DNA of 32,000 nt from Nitrosopumilus maritimus SCM1 (GCF_000018465.1 NC_010085.1:570001-602000); one strand, 5' to 3'; counted from the stretch's first letter, positions 8,794 to 16,176 are shown. Notes: generated by a model not told the origin, from the sequence alone. Numbers and translations are program-made.

Positions 8794-8991
8794 ATGGATA
8801 GACCTTCTAGAAATAATGTCACCAAAGTTTATTGTGAAAAATGTGATCTAGTTTTTGAATCTAGACAGCAATTTGAAAAACATCTTGACAGCCATTCTTC
8901 TGGAGTTCAATGTGAAGTTTGTCCAATTGATACTGCAATTGCAAAATTTACTAGTTTGTTTAAGAGAAAATCCTCTCGAAATTTGGAATAA
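8794..8991 (+). CDS. Mini-protein with a classical C2H2 zinc finger (65 aa)
   Basis: YCEKCDLVFESRQQFEKHLDSH is C-x2-C-x12-H-x3-H (nt 8833-8895). A further CEVC pair follows. Confidence 0.55.
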   Translation: MDRPSRNNVTKVYCEKCDLVFESRQQFEKHLDSHSSGVQCEVCPIDTAIAKFTSLFKRKSSRNLE

Positions 8992-8993
8992 GT

Positions 8994-9001
8994 TTTTTTA
9001 A
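8994..9001 (+). promoter_or_regulatory. TATA-like box (ttttttaa) about 26 nt upstream of the ATG at 9023
   Basis: Position and composition only. Confidence 0.3.
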
Positions 9002-9022
9002 CTCATCTCATTTCTTCTGTAC

Positions 9023-9685
9023 ATGAATAAGAAAGGCGTGATTATAGGCGTCGTTGCTATTGCAATAATTGCCGGTGTAGCTGCATCTTTGTCTGCTACT
9101 CCTGCTGAAACTGTAAATCTGGATATGACTAGAACTCATGGAACTATCTCAACTGCTATGGGCTCTCCAATCTTGGGTGATCCCAATGCTCCAATAACTA
9201 TTGTTGAATTCGGTGATTATCAATGTCATCAATGTTACAACTGGTTCCATAACACAAAACCTACTATAACTCGTGATTATATTGACACTGGAAAAGCAAA
9301 CTTGGTTTTTGTTGACATGGCATTCTTGGGACGAGACTCTAGTCCTGCAGCTCAAGCAACTTACTGTGCTGAAGATCAGGGAATGTATTGGGAATACCAT
9401 GACATGTTGTATAACGCACAAGAATCCAAAATTGATGGTGGTTGGGCTAACAATGAAAGACTAAAGGCTTTTGCATTTTCAATGGGATTGGATATGGAAT
9501 TGTTTGAAAGTTGTCTTGACTCTGGAAAGTATTCTAAACGTGTTCAATACAATACACAACAAGCAAGAGACCACAATGTACGAGGTACTCCTGGATTCTT
9601 TATTGTAGGTCCTGATGGACAACAACAGATTGGCGGTGCACAACCATTTTCAGTCTTTAAACAAGTTCTGGATCCAATGGTATAG
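9023..9685 (+). CDS. Membrane-anchored DsbA-like thiol:disulfide oxidoreductase (thioredoxin fold)
   Basis: N-terminal hydrophobic anchor (VIIGVVAIAIIAGVAAS). The context PITIVEFGDYQCHQCYNW with CxxC (C68, C71) and the later GTPGFFIVG (cis-Pro loop region) fit the DsbA/thioredoxin-like family. It is a paralogue of 24507..25175. Confidence 0.85.
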   Translation: MNKKGVIIGVVAIAIIAGVAASLSATPAETVNLDMTRTHGTISTAMGSPILGDPNAPITIVEFGDYQCHQCYNWFHNTKPTITRDYIDTGKANLVFVDMAFLGRDSSPAAQATYCAEDQGMYWEYHDMLYNAQESKIDGGWANNERLKAFAFSMGLDMELFESCLDSGKYSKRVQYNTQQARDHNVRGTPGFFIVGPDGQQQIGGAQPFSVFKQVLDPMV

Positions 9686-10165
9686 ATGACAAACACAATC
9701 ACGTTTGTCTTTTCAAATCCAAAATACATCATACTTTCTTTTGCAATATTTGTTCCAATGTTAATTGGGTTACTGATATTATCTGAGTATATTTTCTTAG
9801 AACCTTATGTTGTAAGTCATCTGCCAACTGGTACTGAATTTGGTTTTGCACTTATTGTGGCAATTTCAGCACTCTCTGCATTAGTTTTGCCAATGAATGT
9901 TTTTAGAATTAACGTGTTGAAAAGCTCAACACGGAAAATGGGTAGTAGTGTTATTGGCTCTTTTGTTGGAGCAGCAGCCGGGGCATGTAGTTGTGGCCCA
10001 ATTGGTTTTGCTGTAATCTCTACATTTGGGTCTGTTGGGGCAACAGCAACCGCATTTTTAACAAATTATGAAATACCTTTGAGAATAATTGCAATTGGTG
10101 TTTTAGTGATCACCTACTTTACAACAGTAAAATCCCTAAAAACTGAATGTAAATTTGATCCTTGA
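9686..10165 (+). CDS. Unassigned 4-TM membrane protein with an intramembrane Cys-Ser-Cys (159 aa)
   Basis: The ATG directly follows the TAG of the DsbA-like gene. There are four long hydrophobic segments. GAAAGACSCGPIGF places C101 and C103 (nt 9986-9994) in the third segment. I recognise no family. Confidence 0.7.
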   Translation: MTNTITFVFSNPKYIILSFAIFVPMLIGLLILSEYIFLEPYVVSHLPTGTEFGFALIVAISALSALVLPMNVFRINVLKSSTRKMGSSVIGSFVGAAAGACSCGPIGFAVISTFGSVGATATAFLTNYEIPLRIIAIGVLVITYFTTVKSLKTECKFDP

Positions 10166-10175
10166 TTTTGATTCA

Positions 10176-10337
10176 CTAGAAATTACCATTTAGGCAAACG
10201 TTTTCGACCTTAGGATGTATCTTAAAGTCTAATGTATTGTCTGTGTGACATTCATCTATGTTCCAATTAGGCCAAGTAGGAGAGATCCAGACGCCGATGA
10301 AATCGAAGATGCTGAAGATTAGCATCTTTTTTCCCAT
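10176..10337 (-). CDS. Possible unannotated small ORF (53 aa): MGKKMLIFSIFDFIGVWISPTWPNWNIDECHTDNTLDFKIHPKVENVCLNGNF
   Basis: My own translation, from the ATG at the complement of 10335-10337 to the TAG at the complement of 10176-10178. It is below the 60-aa cut-off of the track. It lies in a 245-nt gap that looks more GC-rich than other spacers. It has a hydrophobic N-terminus and 2 Cys. It could be spurious. Confidence 0.25.
   Translation of the reverse strand: MGKKMLIFSIFDFIGVWISPTWPNWNIDECHTDNTLDFKIHPKVENVCLNGNF
10308..10332 (+). terminator. Hairpin (gatgct-gaagatt-agcatc) followed by T6; possible end of the 9023-10165 transcript
   Basis: Perfect 6-bp stem at 10308-10313 / 10321-10326, then tttttt at 10327-10332. 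Oligo-T tracts are archaeal termination signals. This reading competes with the small-ORF interpretation of the same DNA. Confidence 0.3.
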
Positions 10338-10378
10338 TTGATTGTGAATAAATGAATTCAGAGAATTTTCAAAGTCGA

Positions 10379-10388
10379 GCTATTTATT
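10379..10388 (+). promoter_or_regulatory. TATA-like box (ctatttattt) about 27 nt upstream of the ATG at 10411
   Basis: Position and composition only. Confidence 0.3.
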
Positions 10389-10410
10389 TGCCTTTTTCAA
10401 GTTTAACGTA

Positions 10411-11352
10411 ATGCAAAATTTGAATTTGATTGCTGGAATTTTGATAATTGCAAGTCCAATTCTATTTTCAATGATCGCATATCCTGATTCTGTAGCTTGG
10501 AGCTGGAATGAGGGCAGAGGTGGATATCTCTTTGCACTTGTTTTTGTTGTCGCAGAACTTGTTGGTCTAAAGATTGTAATTTCAAAAAAACGATTACTTG
10601 CAGTAATCCCTATTGCACTGCTAACTATCTCCTATCTTATATCATTAGAGTATGGCCTGCGAGATTACATTGTTGAATCTGCAGAACAATTTGATGTTCA
10701 ACTAATCTATTCGTGGACATGGATGTGGGATTTTGTTGTTATGGCAATATTCATTGTTGTTGCACTGTCTATCTTCTTTGGTAAGAGATGGATTAGAATT
10801 GCACCTGCAGGACCTATCTTCTTAACTGGTACTGCAATTATTTTGTCACTTGATGCATTCTTCCCATATGATACATTAGGTCCTCTGCAATACATCGTTC
10901 CATATTTTGTACAAGCAAATGTTTGGGTAATCACAGCACTTGAACTTGGTACTGCTGTTGCAAGAGATAATGTCATGTTCTTACGTGGAGATCATGGTTC
11001 AATGGCACTACAAGTATTCTGGCCCTCTGCTGGCGTTCACAGTATTATCATCTTCTCCCTAGTAATTGGTGCGTTCATGCTAAAGATGAACATTCCTAGA
11101 GCAAGAAAATCCATGTATTTTGTTTTAGGAATCATTGGAACCATTACTGTAAACTTGATTAGAATATTTTCTCTATCTTGGTATGCCCTCAAAGTCACAA
11201 CTGACCCTGTGGCATGGGAGGAATATCACAAGATTGCAGGTGAAATCATGTTTCTGCCATGGCTATTTGCGTTCATCTTGGTAGTCATATTAATAGAATC
11301 TAGGCGCCTCAAAAAACAAGAAGAACGAGATGGAACTAAAAATAACTCGTGA
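10411..11352 (+). CDS. Exosortase/archaeosortase-family integral membrane protein (thaumarchaeal type), with Ser at the expected Cys position
   Basis: The 313-aa protein has about 8 hydrophobic segments. The C-terminal half contains VFWPS206AGVHSIIIF, where the family has x-C-[SA]-G-x, followed 45 residues later by VNLIR251I (the family N-x-x-R motif). Confidence 0.8.
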   Translation: MQNLNLIAGILIIASPILFSMIAYPDSVAWSWNEGRGGYLFALVFVVAELVGLKIVISKKRLLAVIPIALLTISYLISLEYGLRDYIVESAEQFDVQLIYSWTWMWDFVVMAIFIVVALSIFFGKRWIRIAPAGPIFLTGTAIILSLDAFFPYDTLGPLQYIVPYFVQANVWVITALELGTAVARDNVMFLRGDHGSMALQVFWPSAGVHSIIIFSLVIGAFMLKMNIPRARKSMYFVLGIIGTITVNLIRIFSLSWYALKVTTDPVAWEEYHKIAGEIMFLPWLFAFILVVILIESRRLKKQEERDGTKNNS

Positions 11353-12430
11353 TATCTCTTTGTCCTTGACTTTCTGAAAGCTCTGAGACTTTGACTCCCA
11401 AGCGTCTAATAGTTGCTGTTTGATTTTCAAGGGCTTCTCTTAGTAATTGTTCAACTGTTTTTTCTAATTCCTCCAAACTCATAGTAGGGTTTCTCAGCAT
11501 TTTTGATTTTGTTTTGTTTGATAAATCTGATTGAACAAAACTTATTCCAACTGATTTGAACATTTGATTTTTTTTTTGGATTATTTCATGAACTTCTTTA
11601 CATAATTCTAATGTGTTCTCTAAAAGAAACTCATAATCTTTTGAATCTTTTTTTAGGGTCACAATTTTTCCATGTTGAATACTGGGTTCTCTTTCTTTTA
11701 CTAGTTCATCGTCAATTCCTCTTACTGCATTGTAAATGTAAGTTCCACTTTTTCTCCCAAACTCTTTATTCAAAGTAAAGACATCAAGTCTCTTTACATC
11801 TCCAATTGTCTCTAAATTCATTTCTGTAAACCTTTGTTCTGTTTTCTTTCCAATTCCTGGAATGTCTCGTATTTTTAGTGACTCTAAAAACCCTTCAACT
11901 TTTTCAGGAGACACAATTGTTAATCCATCAGGTTTTTGAAAGTCTGATGCAATTTTTGAAATTAATTTATTTGGGGAAATTCCTATTGAACAACTCAGTT
12001 TTGTTTTCTCTCTTATGGAATTTTTAATTTGTTGAGCCAAGTGACTTGCTTTATGAAAATCCCCCTCTGTTCTTTTTGTTACATCCAAGTATGCTTCGTC
12101 TCTTCCTACATATTCAAAAACATCTGAAAACTCTTCCATGATTTTCATTGCTTTTTCAGACATTTCAGAGTAATAATCAAAATCTACAGGCAGAAAAACT
12201 GCATCTTTTCTCTCTTCTAATCTTTTTTTTGCAAATACTATTGGTATTCCAGACTTTGCACCATATTTTCTTGCAGTATAGTTTGCAGTTGCAATTGCTC
12301 CACTATCTCCACCTCTATCTGAAAATACACATACGCAAACTGGTTTTGATTTTAATTCTGGTGATCTTATCTCTTCACACTGGGCGTAAAAATAGTCAAA
12401 ATCAATGTGGAAAACGATTCTTGTTTCCAA
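11336..12430 (-). CDS. dinB: Y-family DNA polymerase IV (Dpo4/Dbh/DinB type)
   Basis: N-terminal IVFHIDFDYFYAQCEE (catalytic Asp motif), DEAYLDVT (the catalytic D-E), and SIGISPNKLISKIASD. The protein is 364 aa. The TTG start is forced by the position of the first motif. Confidence 0.9.
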   Translation of the reverse strand: METRIVFHIDFDYFYAQCEEIRSPELKSKPVCVCVFSDRGGDSGAIATANYTARKYGAKSGIPIVFAKKRLEERKDAVFLPVDFDYYSEMSEKAMKIMEEFSDVFEYVGRDEAYLDVTKRTEGDFHKASHLAQQIKNSIREKTKLSCSIGISPNKLISKIASDFQKPDGLTIVSPEKVEGFLESLKIRDIPGIGKKTEQRFTEMNLETIGDVKRLDVFTLNKEFGRKSGTYIYNAVRGIDDELVKEREPSIQHGKIVTLKKDSKDYEFLLENTLELCKEVHEIIQKKNQMFKSVGISFVQSDLSNKTKSKMLRNPTMSLEELEKTVEQLLREALENQTATIRRLGVKVSELSESQGQRDITSYF

Positions 12431-12502
12431 TACTGTTAGATGAACTTTAGATTATTACAATATTGTGTATTCATCTAAATACTCAATCTAATCACTACTT
12501 TC

Positions 12503-12754
12503 ATGGATGATTATCCTGTATCTGTTGATGAAAACGGTGTGAAGATAAAACCTGAAAAAATGGAAACAGAAAAACTCTATCATTGTATTTTCAAAGAAAA
12601 AGCAATGTTAGTTTTCAAAGATTCTCAAGACGTAATGAACTGTTATGAGATTGAAGAAAAAGATCTTGTTGAAAAAATCAAGAAAATCAACAATGATGAC
12701 GATCTAGAAAAATTATTTGATGAATATCTTAAAGGTCAAGACCTGAATAATTAA
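12503..12754 (+). CDS. Hypothetical acidic protein (83 aa)
   Basis: ATG start in a clean spacer, divergent from dinB. I recognise no motif. Confidence 0.5.
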   Translation: MDDYPVSVDENGVKIKPEKMETEKLYHCIFKEKAMLVFKDSQDVMNCYEIEEKDLVEKIKKINNDDDLEKLFDEYLKGQDLNN

Positions 12755-12795
12755 ATAAAAGCGAGAGAGAATTTTGTTATTAAAGGAATAACGAA

Positions 12796-13518
12796 TTGAG
12801 TAATAACAAAAAATCAAAAGACGCAGAAGATATTTTATCAGAATTTGACTCTAGGAATAAATCAGAACCAGAACCAACACCTGAACCAGAACCAACACCT
12901 GAACCAGAACCAACACCTGAACCAGAACCAACACCTGAACCAGAACCAACACCTGAACCAGAACCAACACCTGAACCAGAACCAACACCTGAACCAGAAC
13001 CAACACCTGAACCAGAACCAACACCTGAACCAGAACCAACACCTGAACCAGAACCAACACCTGAACCAGAACCAACACCTGAACCAGAACCAACACCTGA
13101 ACCAGAACCAACACCTGAACCAGAACCAACACCTGAACCAGAACCAACACCTGAACCAGAACCAACACCTGAACCAGAACCAACACCTGAACCAGAACCA
13201 ACACCTGAAACTCCTTCTGACAAAACAGAAACTTCTAAACCTGCAGAAGAACGTGATGTGATTTTTGTTGGTACAAAACCTATCATGACTTATGTTTCTG
13301 CAACTTTAACACAACTTTCAACAAGACAAACTGTTACCATAAAAGCTAGAGGTAAAAGAATAACTCAAGCTGTAGATGTATCTCAAATGATTGTGAAAAG
13401 AATGGACTCTGTAGGCTATGTGATTAGTGATGTGAGAATTTCATCTGATTCACTAACTTCTCAAGATGGTAAGCAACGAAATGTCTCTACCATGGAAATT
13501 GATATCTCAAAAGAATAA
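12796..13518 (+). CDS. albA: Alba-family chromatin/RNA-binding protein, apparently with a long N-terminal (EPEPTP)19 extension; a canonical-length alternative starts at GTG 13258
   Basis: The C-terminal 86 aa, [49 protein letters not shown]...[11 protein letters not shown], match the Alba pattern (IG.KP.M.YV.A....F......V.IKARG..I..AVDV). The upstream part is in frame from TTG 12796, with no in-frame ATG before the domain. Confidence 0.85.
   Translation: MSNNKKSKDAEDILSEFDSRNKSEPEPTPEPEPTPEPEPTPEPEPTPEPEPTPEPEPTPEPEPTPEPEPTPEPEPTPEPEPTPEPEPTPEPEPTPEPEPTPEPEPTPEPEPTPEPEPTPEPEPTPEPEPTPEPEPTPETPSDKTETSKPAEERDVIFVGTKPIMTYVSATLTQLSTRQTVTIKARGKRITQAVDVSQMIVKRMDSVGYVISDVRISSDSLTSQDGKQRNVSTMEIDISKE
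12865..13206 (+). repeat. Perfect tandem repeat: 19 head-to-tail copies of the 18-bp unit gaaccagaaccaacacct
   Basis: Counted directly. Units run from 12865-12882 to 13189-13206 with no mismatch seen. The repeat encodes EPEPTP in the Alba frame. Confidence 0.98.
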
Positions 13519-13738
13519 ATTCAAAATCCCTCTGATAATACTAAGTGGAATTTTAATCTCAGTACTTGTAATATTTTCTTCAAATTCTTCTTGTGGTATT
13601 CAACATATGACAATTTTAAATGAAATTAATTTTTATCAAGACACACTTGATCCAGAATTTTGTGAAGTAATTGTTGAAAAAATTGATTTGTTTAATGATT
13701 CATGTGAGCCTTACGTAGAAATTCTTGATTGTGGTTAA
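13481..13738 (+). CDS. Possible small membrane-anchored four-Cys protein (about 85 aa from the second ATG; the track starts at 13466)
   Basis: A hydrophobic segment ([19 protein letters not shown]) is followed by a domain with 4 Cys. The ORF overlaps the Alba 3' end in another frame and the convergent LysE-type gene by 4 nt. Confidence 0.35.
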   Translation: MSLPWKLISQKNKFKIPLIILSGILISVLVIFSSNSSCGIQHMTILNEINFYQDTLDPEFCEVIVEKIDLFNDSCEPYVEILDCG

Positions 13739-14355
13739 TACTTTATTTCTTGCAAAAACGTAATTCCAAAATAAATCAACATTCCACTTAACCCTATCAT
13801 CAATATTTTGTAATTTTTGTTTGAAAGAATTTTTACACTCTTTGATGCCAAAAATGAAATTCCTCCAAGCCATGCAAAATCCATCCAAATATGTAATCCA
13901 AACATGATTAGCATGCCTGAAAATGCCCATATCATCATGGCATCTGAAATTAGCTTGAATCCTATAGTTAACCACCAAATAATGAAAAATGGATTTAGTC
14001 CACTTAACAAAACTCCTGTAATTAACGCTCCTTGTTTTGGATTTGTAATTGAAAGTTCTTTTTCTTTGAGAACTGTTCTAATTTGTAATGCTGCAAAGAC
14101 AAAAAGCGTTATTGCACCTAAAATTGAAATGATTGTCCTAAACTCTGGAAAACTTTCTAATGAAAAAACACCAATTCCTAACAATATCACTAATGGTAAT
14201 TCTACAATTGCATGGCCTGTAGCCATTTTAACGCCTGATTTTGCACCTTCTCTTAATCCATATGATATGTTTGCTGCAAAAAGAGGCCCTGGTGCCATTA
14301 CTCCTGATGCAGAGATGACTATTACTAGTACTGCAAATTCAAAGAATTGTTCCAT
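13735..14355 (-). CDS. LysE/RhtB-type amino-acid efflux transporter family protein
   Basis: The 206-aa protein has about six hydrophobic segments. The N-terminal VISASGVMAPGPLFAANISYGLREG resembles the LysE-family PGP motif region. Confidence 0.75.
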   Translation of the reverse strand: MEQFFEFAVLVIVISASGVMAPGPLFAANISYGLREGAKSGVKMATGHAIVELPLVILLGIGVFSLESFPEFRTIISILGAITLFVFAALQIRTVLKEKELSITNPKQGALITGVLLSGLNPFFIIWWLTIGFKLISDAMMIWAFSGMLIMFGLHIWMDFAWLGGISFLASKSVKILSNKNYKILMIGLSGMLIYFGITFLQEIKY

Positions 14356-14406
14356 CTAATTCAATTTTCATTATTTTGATTATGAAATAAACATAATCAA
14401 TAGAAC

Positions 14407-15120
14407 TTACATGTACATAGAATCTTTTAGATGCTTAGATTCTTCTTCAGCTTCTTTGATAACTGTTTCAGCTTTTTCTGCTTCTTTTTGTAATGCAGAA
14501 ATATCACATGATGATCCTGGAATTAACTTCGATATTGCCATACATAACTTAGCACTTGATTTAAAATCAGGACCTTCCCCATTTGTATGAAAAATAATTA
14601 CAATTACATCTTGTCCTGTTATGCTTGCTACATTTAACAACGTTCCAGGAATTCCTGGTACTGTTCCAAATTCTAAAACTTTTAACCCTGCACTTCTTAT
14701 TTTTTCTCGTGCAGAATCTGTACTGCCAATTCCAATCAACTCTTCATTTTCATTAGGTGATTTTACTGCAATACTGCTTACAACTAATCCAATTTTGTGT
14801 TTTTGTGCCCAATTAAGCATTGTTTTGGCTGTAACTTTGTGTAATGATTGATCAAGTGTTAGATATGATAAAAAGACACTTACCTTTGATTCTTCATTTA
14901 CAAAAATTCTTGATGGGTAGTTTGGTTTTCCATCTTTAATTACACTAATTGGTGGAAATATGTCTGAGTCAATAATTCCTGCTAGTTTAAATTTCGATGT
15001 GTGCACCATTGATTCTGATGCAATTGCACTGCTAAAACCTGCTGATGGAAATCCGTCAATAAGATATCCTCCTTCTAGATTAAGTGGTTTGAATTCTTTA
15101 ATTCTTATTTTTGGGTACAT
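14407..15120 (-). CDS. PAC2-family (proteasome assembly chaperone-like, DUF75) protein
   Basis: The 237-aa protein has N-terminal GGYLIDGFPSAGFSSAIA, and its overall length and pattern match what I recall for archaeal PAC2-family proteins. The acidic C-terminal tail is coiled. Assigned from memory of the family only. Confidence 0.6.
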   Translation of the reverse strand: MYPKIRIKEFKPLNLEGGYLIDGFPSAGFSSAIASESMVHTSKFKLAGIIDSDIFPPISVIKDGKPNYPSRIFVNEESKVSVFLSYLTLDQSLHKVTAKTMLNWAQKHKIGLVVSSIAVKSPNENEELIGIGSTDSAREKIRSAGLKVLEFGTVPGIPGTLLNVASITGQDVIVIIFHTNGEGPDFKSSAKLCMAISKLIPGSSCDISALQKEAEKAETVIKEAEEESKHLKDSMYM

Positions 15121-15156
15121 GGTTATTTTTTGTTTTTATTAGATAATAGGTTTTGT

Positions 15157-16098
15157 CTAACTTTGTAATTTTGTTACTAGTGCTGCGTAGATAAATGGTA
15201 AGATCGTCGTAACTTCTGCATGTAATGTTGATTGTTTTGCTTTTTGTGTAACTTTGCCCCATGAAATTGCTTCTCTAACTAATGCTCCACTAAGACTGCC
15301 ATCAAACTCTTGTGCAGTTGTAATGTAAAATGCATAGTCTAATCCCTCTCTGTATTGGTTCCACCATAAAGTATGATGCTTTGAAATTCCCCCTCCAATC
15401 ATAAATGCTCCTGATTTTTCTGCTTTGAAAATATATCCTGAAAGTAAATCTGCATCTCCTGCCATGTTTAATTTAAAATCATTATGTTTTTGTGTGAATA
15501 ACCAAATTTGACTTCCTACTGCTCCATCCATAATTCCTGGAACTACAACACTGATGTGGTTTTTGTATGCCCAATAAAGAAATGAATCTTCTCCCAAATG
15601 TTTTCCAATCATTTTACAAATTTCTGCAGTAGTCATCTCTTTGACTCCGTTTTGATATTCTTCTTCTAAGAATGTCTGCATCTTTTCTTCAATTAGTGGT
15701 CCATAACTGTCCATAGGCACAAGTACATTGCCTAATCTGTGGATATCTTGGTCTGCAAGTTCATTATCATCCATTGTAAATGATCCTTCTTTGTAATGTG
15801 AAAAGTGTCTTGCAATATCATGATCTAATGCACCACAAGTTGTTATTGCAACATCAAACCATTTGTTTTTGAGCATGTCTTTTAGAATCCCTCTTAATCC
15901 TGTAGATACTACTGCCCCCACAAACGAGATGAATTTGAGACATTGTTTGTCCGAAATCATTTCAGATAAAATATCAACACCTGTTGATAGATTTACTGAT
16001 TCAAATCCTCCTGACTGAGATAATTCTTGAAATATTTTTTCAATAGATGTGTTTGAATCAATCTCTATGTCTTTTACTGGACGGCCTGGATCAACCAT
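15157..16098 (-). CDS. dys: Deoxyhypusine synthase
   Basis: The 313-aa protein contains FVGAVVSTGLRG, TTCGALDHDI and MIGGGISKHH, blocks characteristic of the DHS family (aIF5A hypusination). Confidence 0.9.
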   Translation of the reverse strand: MVDPGRPVKDIEIDSNTSIEKIFQELSQSGGFESVNLSTGVDILSEMISDKQCLKFISFVGAVVSTGLRGILKDMLKNKWFDVAITTCGALDHDIARHFSHYKEGSFTMDDNELADQDIHRLGNVLVPMDSYGPLIEEKMQTFLEEEYQNGVKEMTTAEICKMIGKHLGEDSFLYWAYKNHISVVVPGIMDGAVGSQIWLFTQKHNDFKLNMAGDADLLSGYIFKAEKSGAFMIGGGISKHHTLWWNQYREGLDYAFYITTAQEFDGSLSGALVREAISWGKVTQKAKQSTLHAEVTTILPFIYAALVTKLQS

Positions 16099-16170
16099 GT
16101 TCTAATTCGATGGAGTCAAGTATAAAATTCTGCCTTAACTTTGAATTATTTTTCAATTATCTAAGAAAAC

Positions 16171-16176
16171 TTTAAA
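16171..16176 (+). promoter_or_regulatory. TATA box (tttaaa) preceded by a purine-rich BRE-like agaaaa, centred about 29 nt upstream of the ATG at 16202
   Basis: Best-looking archaeal promoter in the window. The spacing implies a leaderless or near-leaderless transcript. Confidence 0.4.

Noticed and set aside
10403-10585. 60-aa minus-strand ORF overlapping the archaeosortase gene start
   Set aside because: It is a Gln/Leu-rich low-complexity product, antisense to the well-supported start of a membrane protein gene.
12865-13206. The regular 18-bp periodicity might have been a CRISPR array
   Set aside because: The units are directly head-to-tail with no spacers, 18 bp is too short for a CRISPR repeat, and no cas genes are present.
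12845-13261. Alternative-frame repeat ORFs: (NQNQHL)n on the plus strand, and (VLVQ)n at 12851-13204 on the minus strand
   Set aside because: For the same reason, the repeat is open in several frames. These ORFs have no flanking coding signal and no plausible start context.
12780-13286. Minus-strand 168-aa ORF encoding (GSGSGV)n across the tandem repeat
   Set aside because: It is a mirror-frame artefact of the stop-free 18-bp repeat. Its non-repeat ends are short and featureless, whereas the plus frame continues into a recognisable Alba domain.
13817-14359. 180-aa plus-strand ORF antisense to the LysE-type transporter gene
   Set aside because: It is a shadow ORF. The minus-strand product has a coherent multi-TM transporter pattern with an ATG start, while the plus-strand product is low-complexity with no motif.
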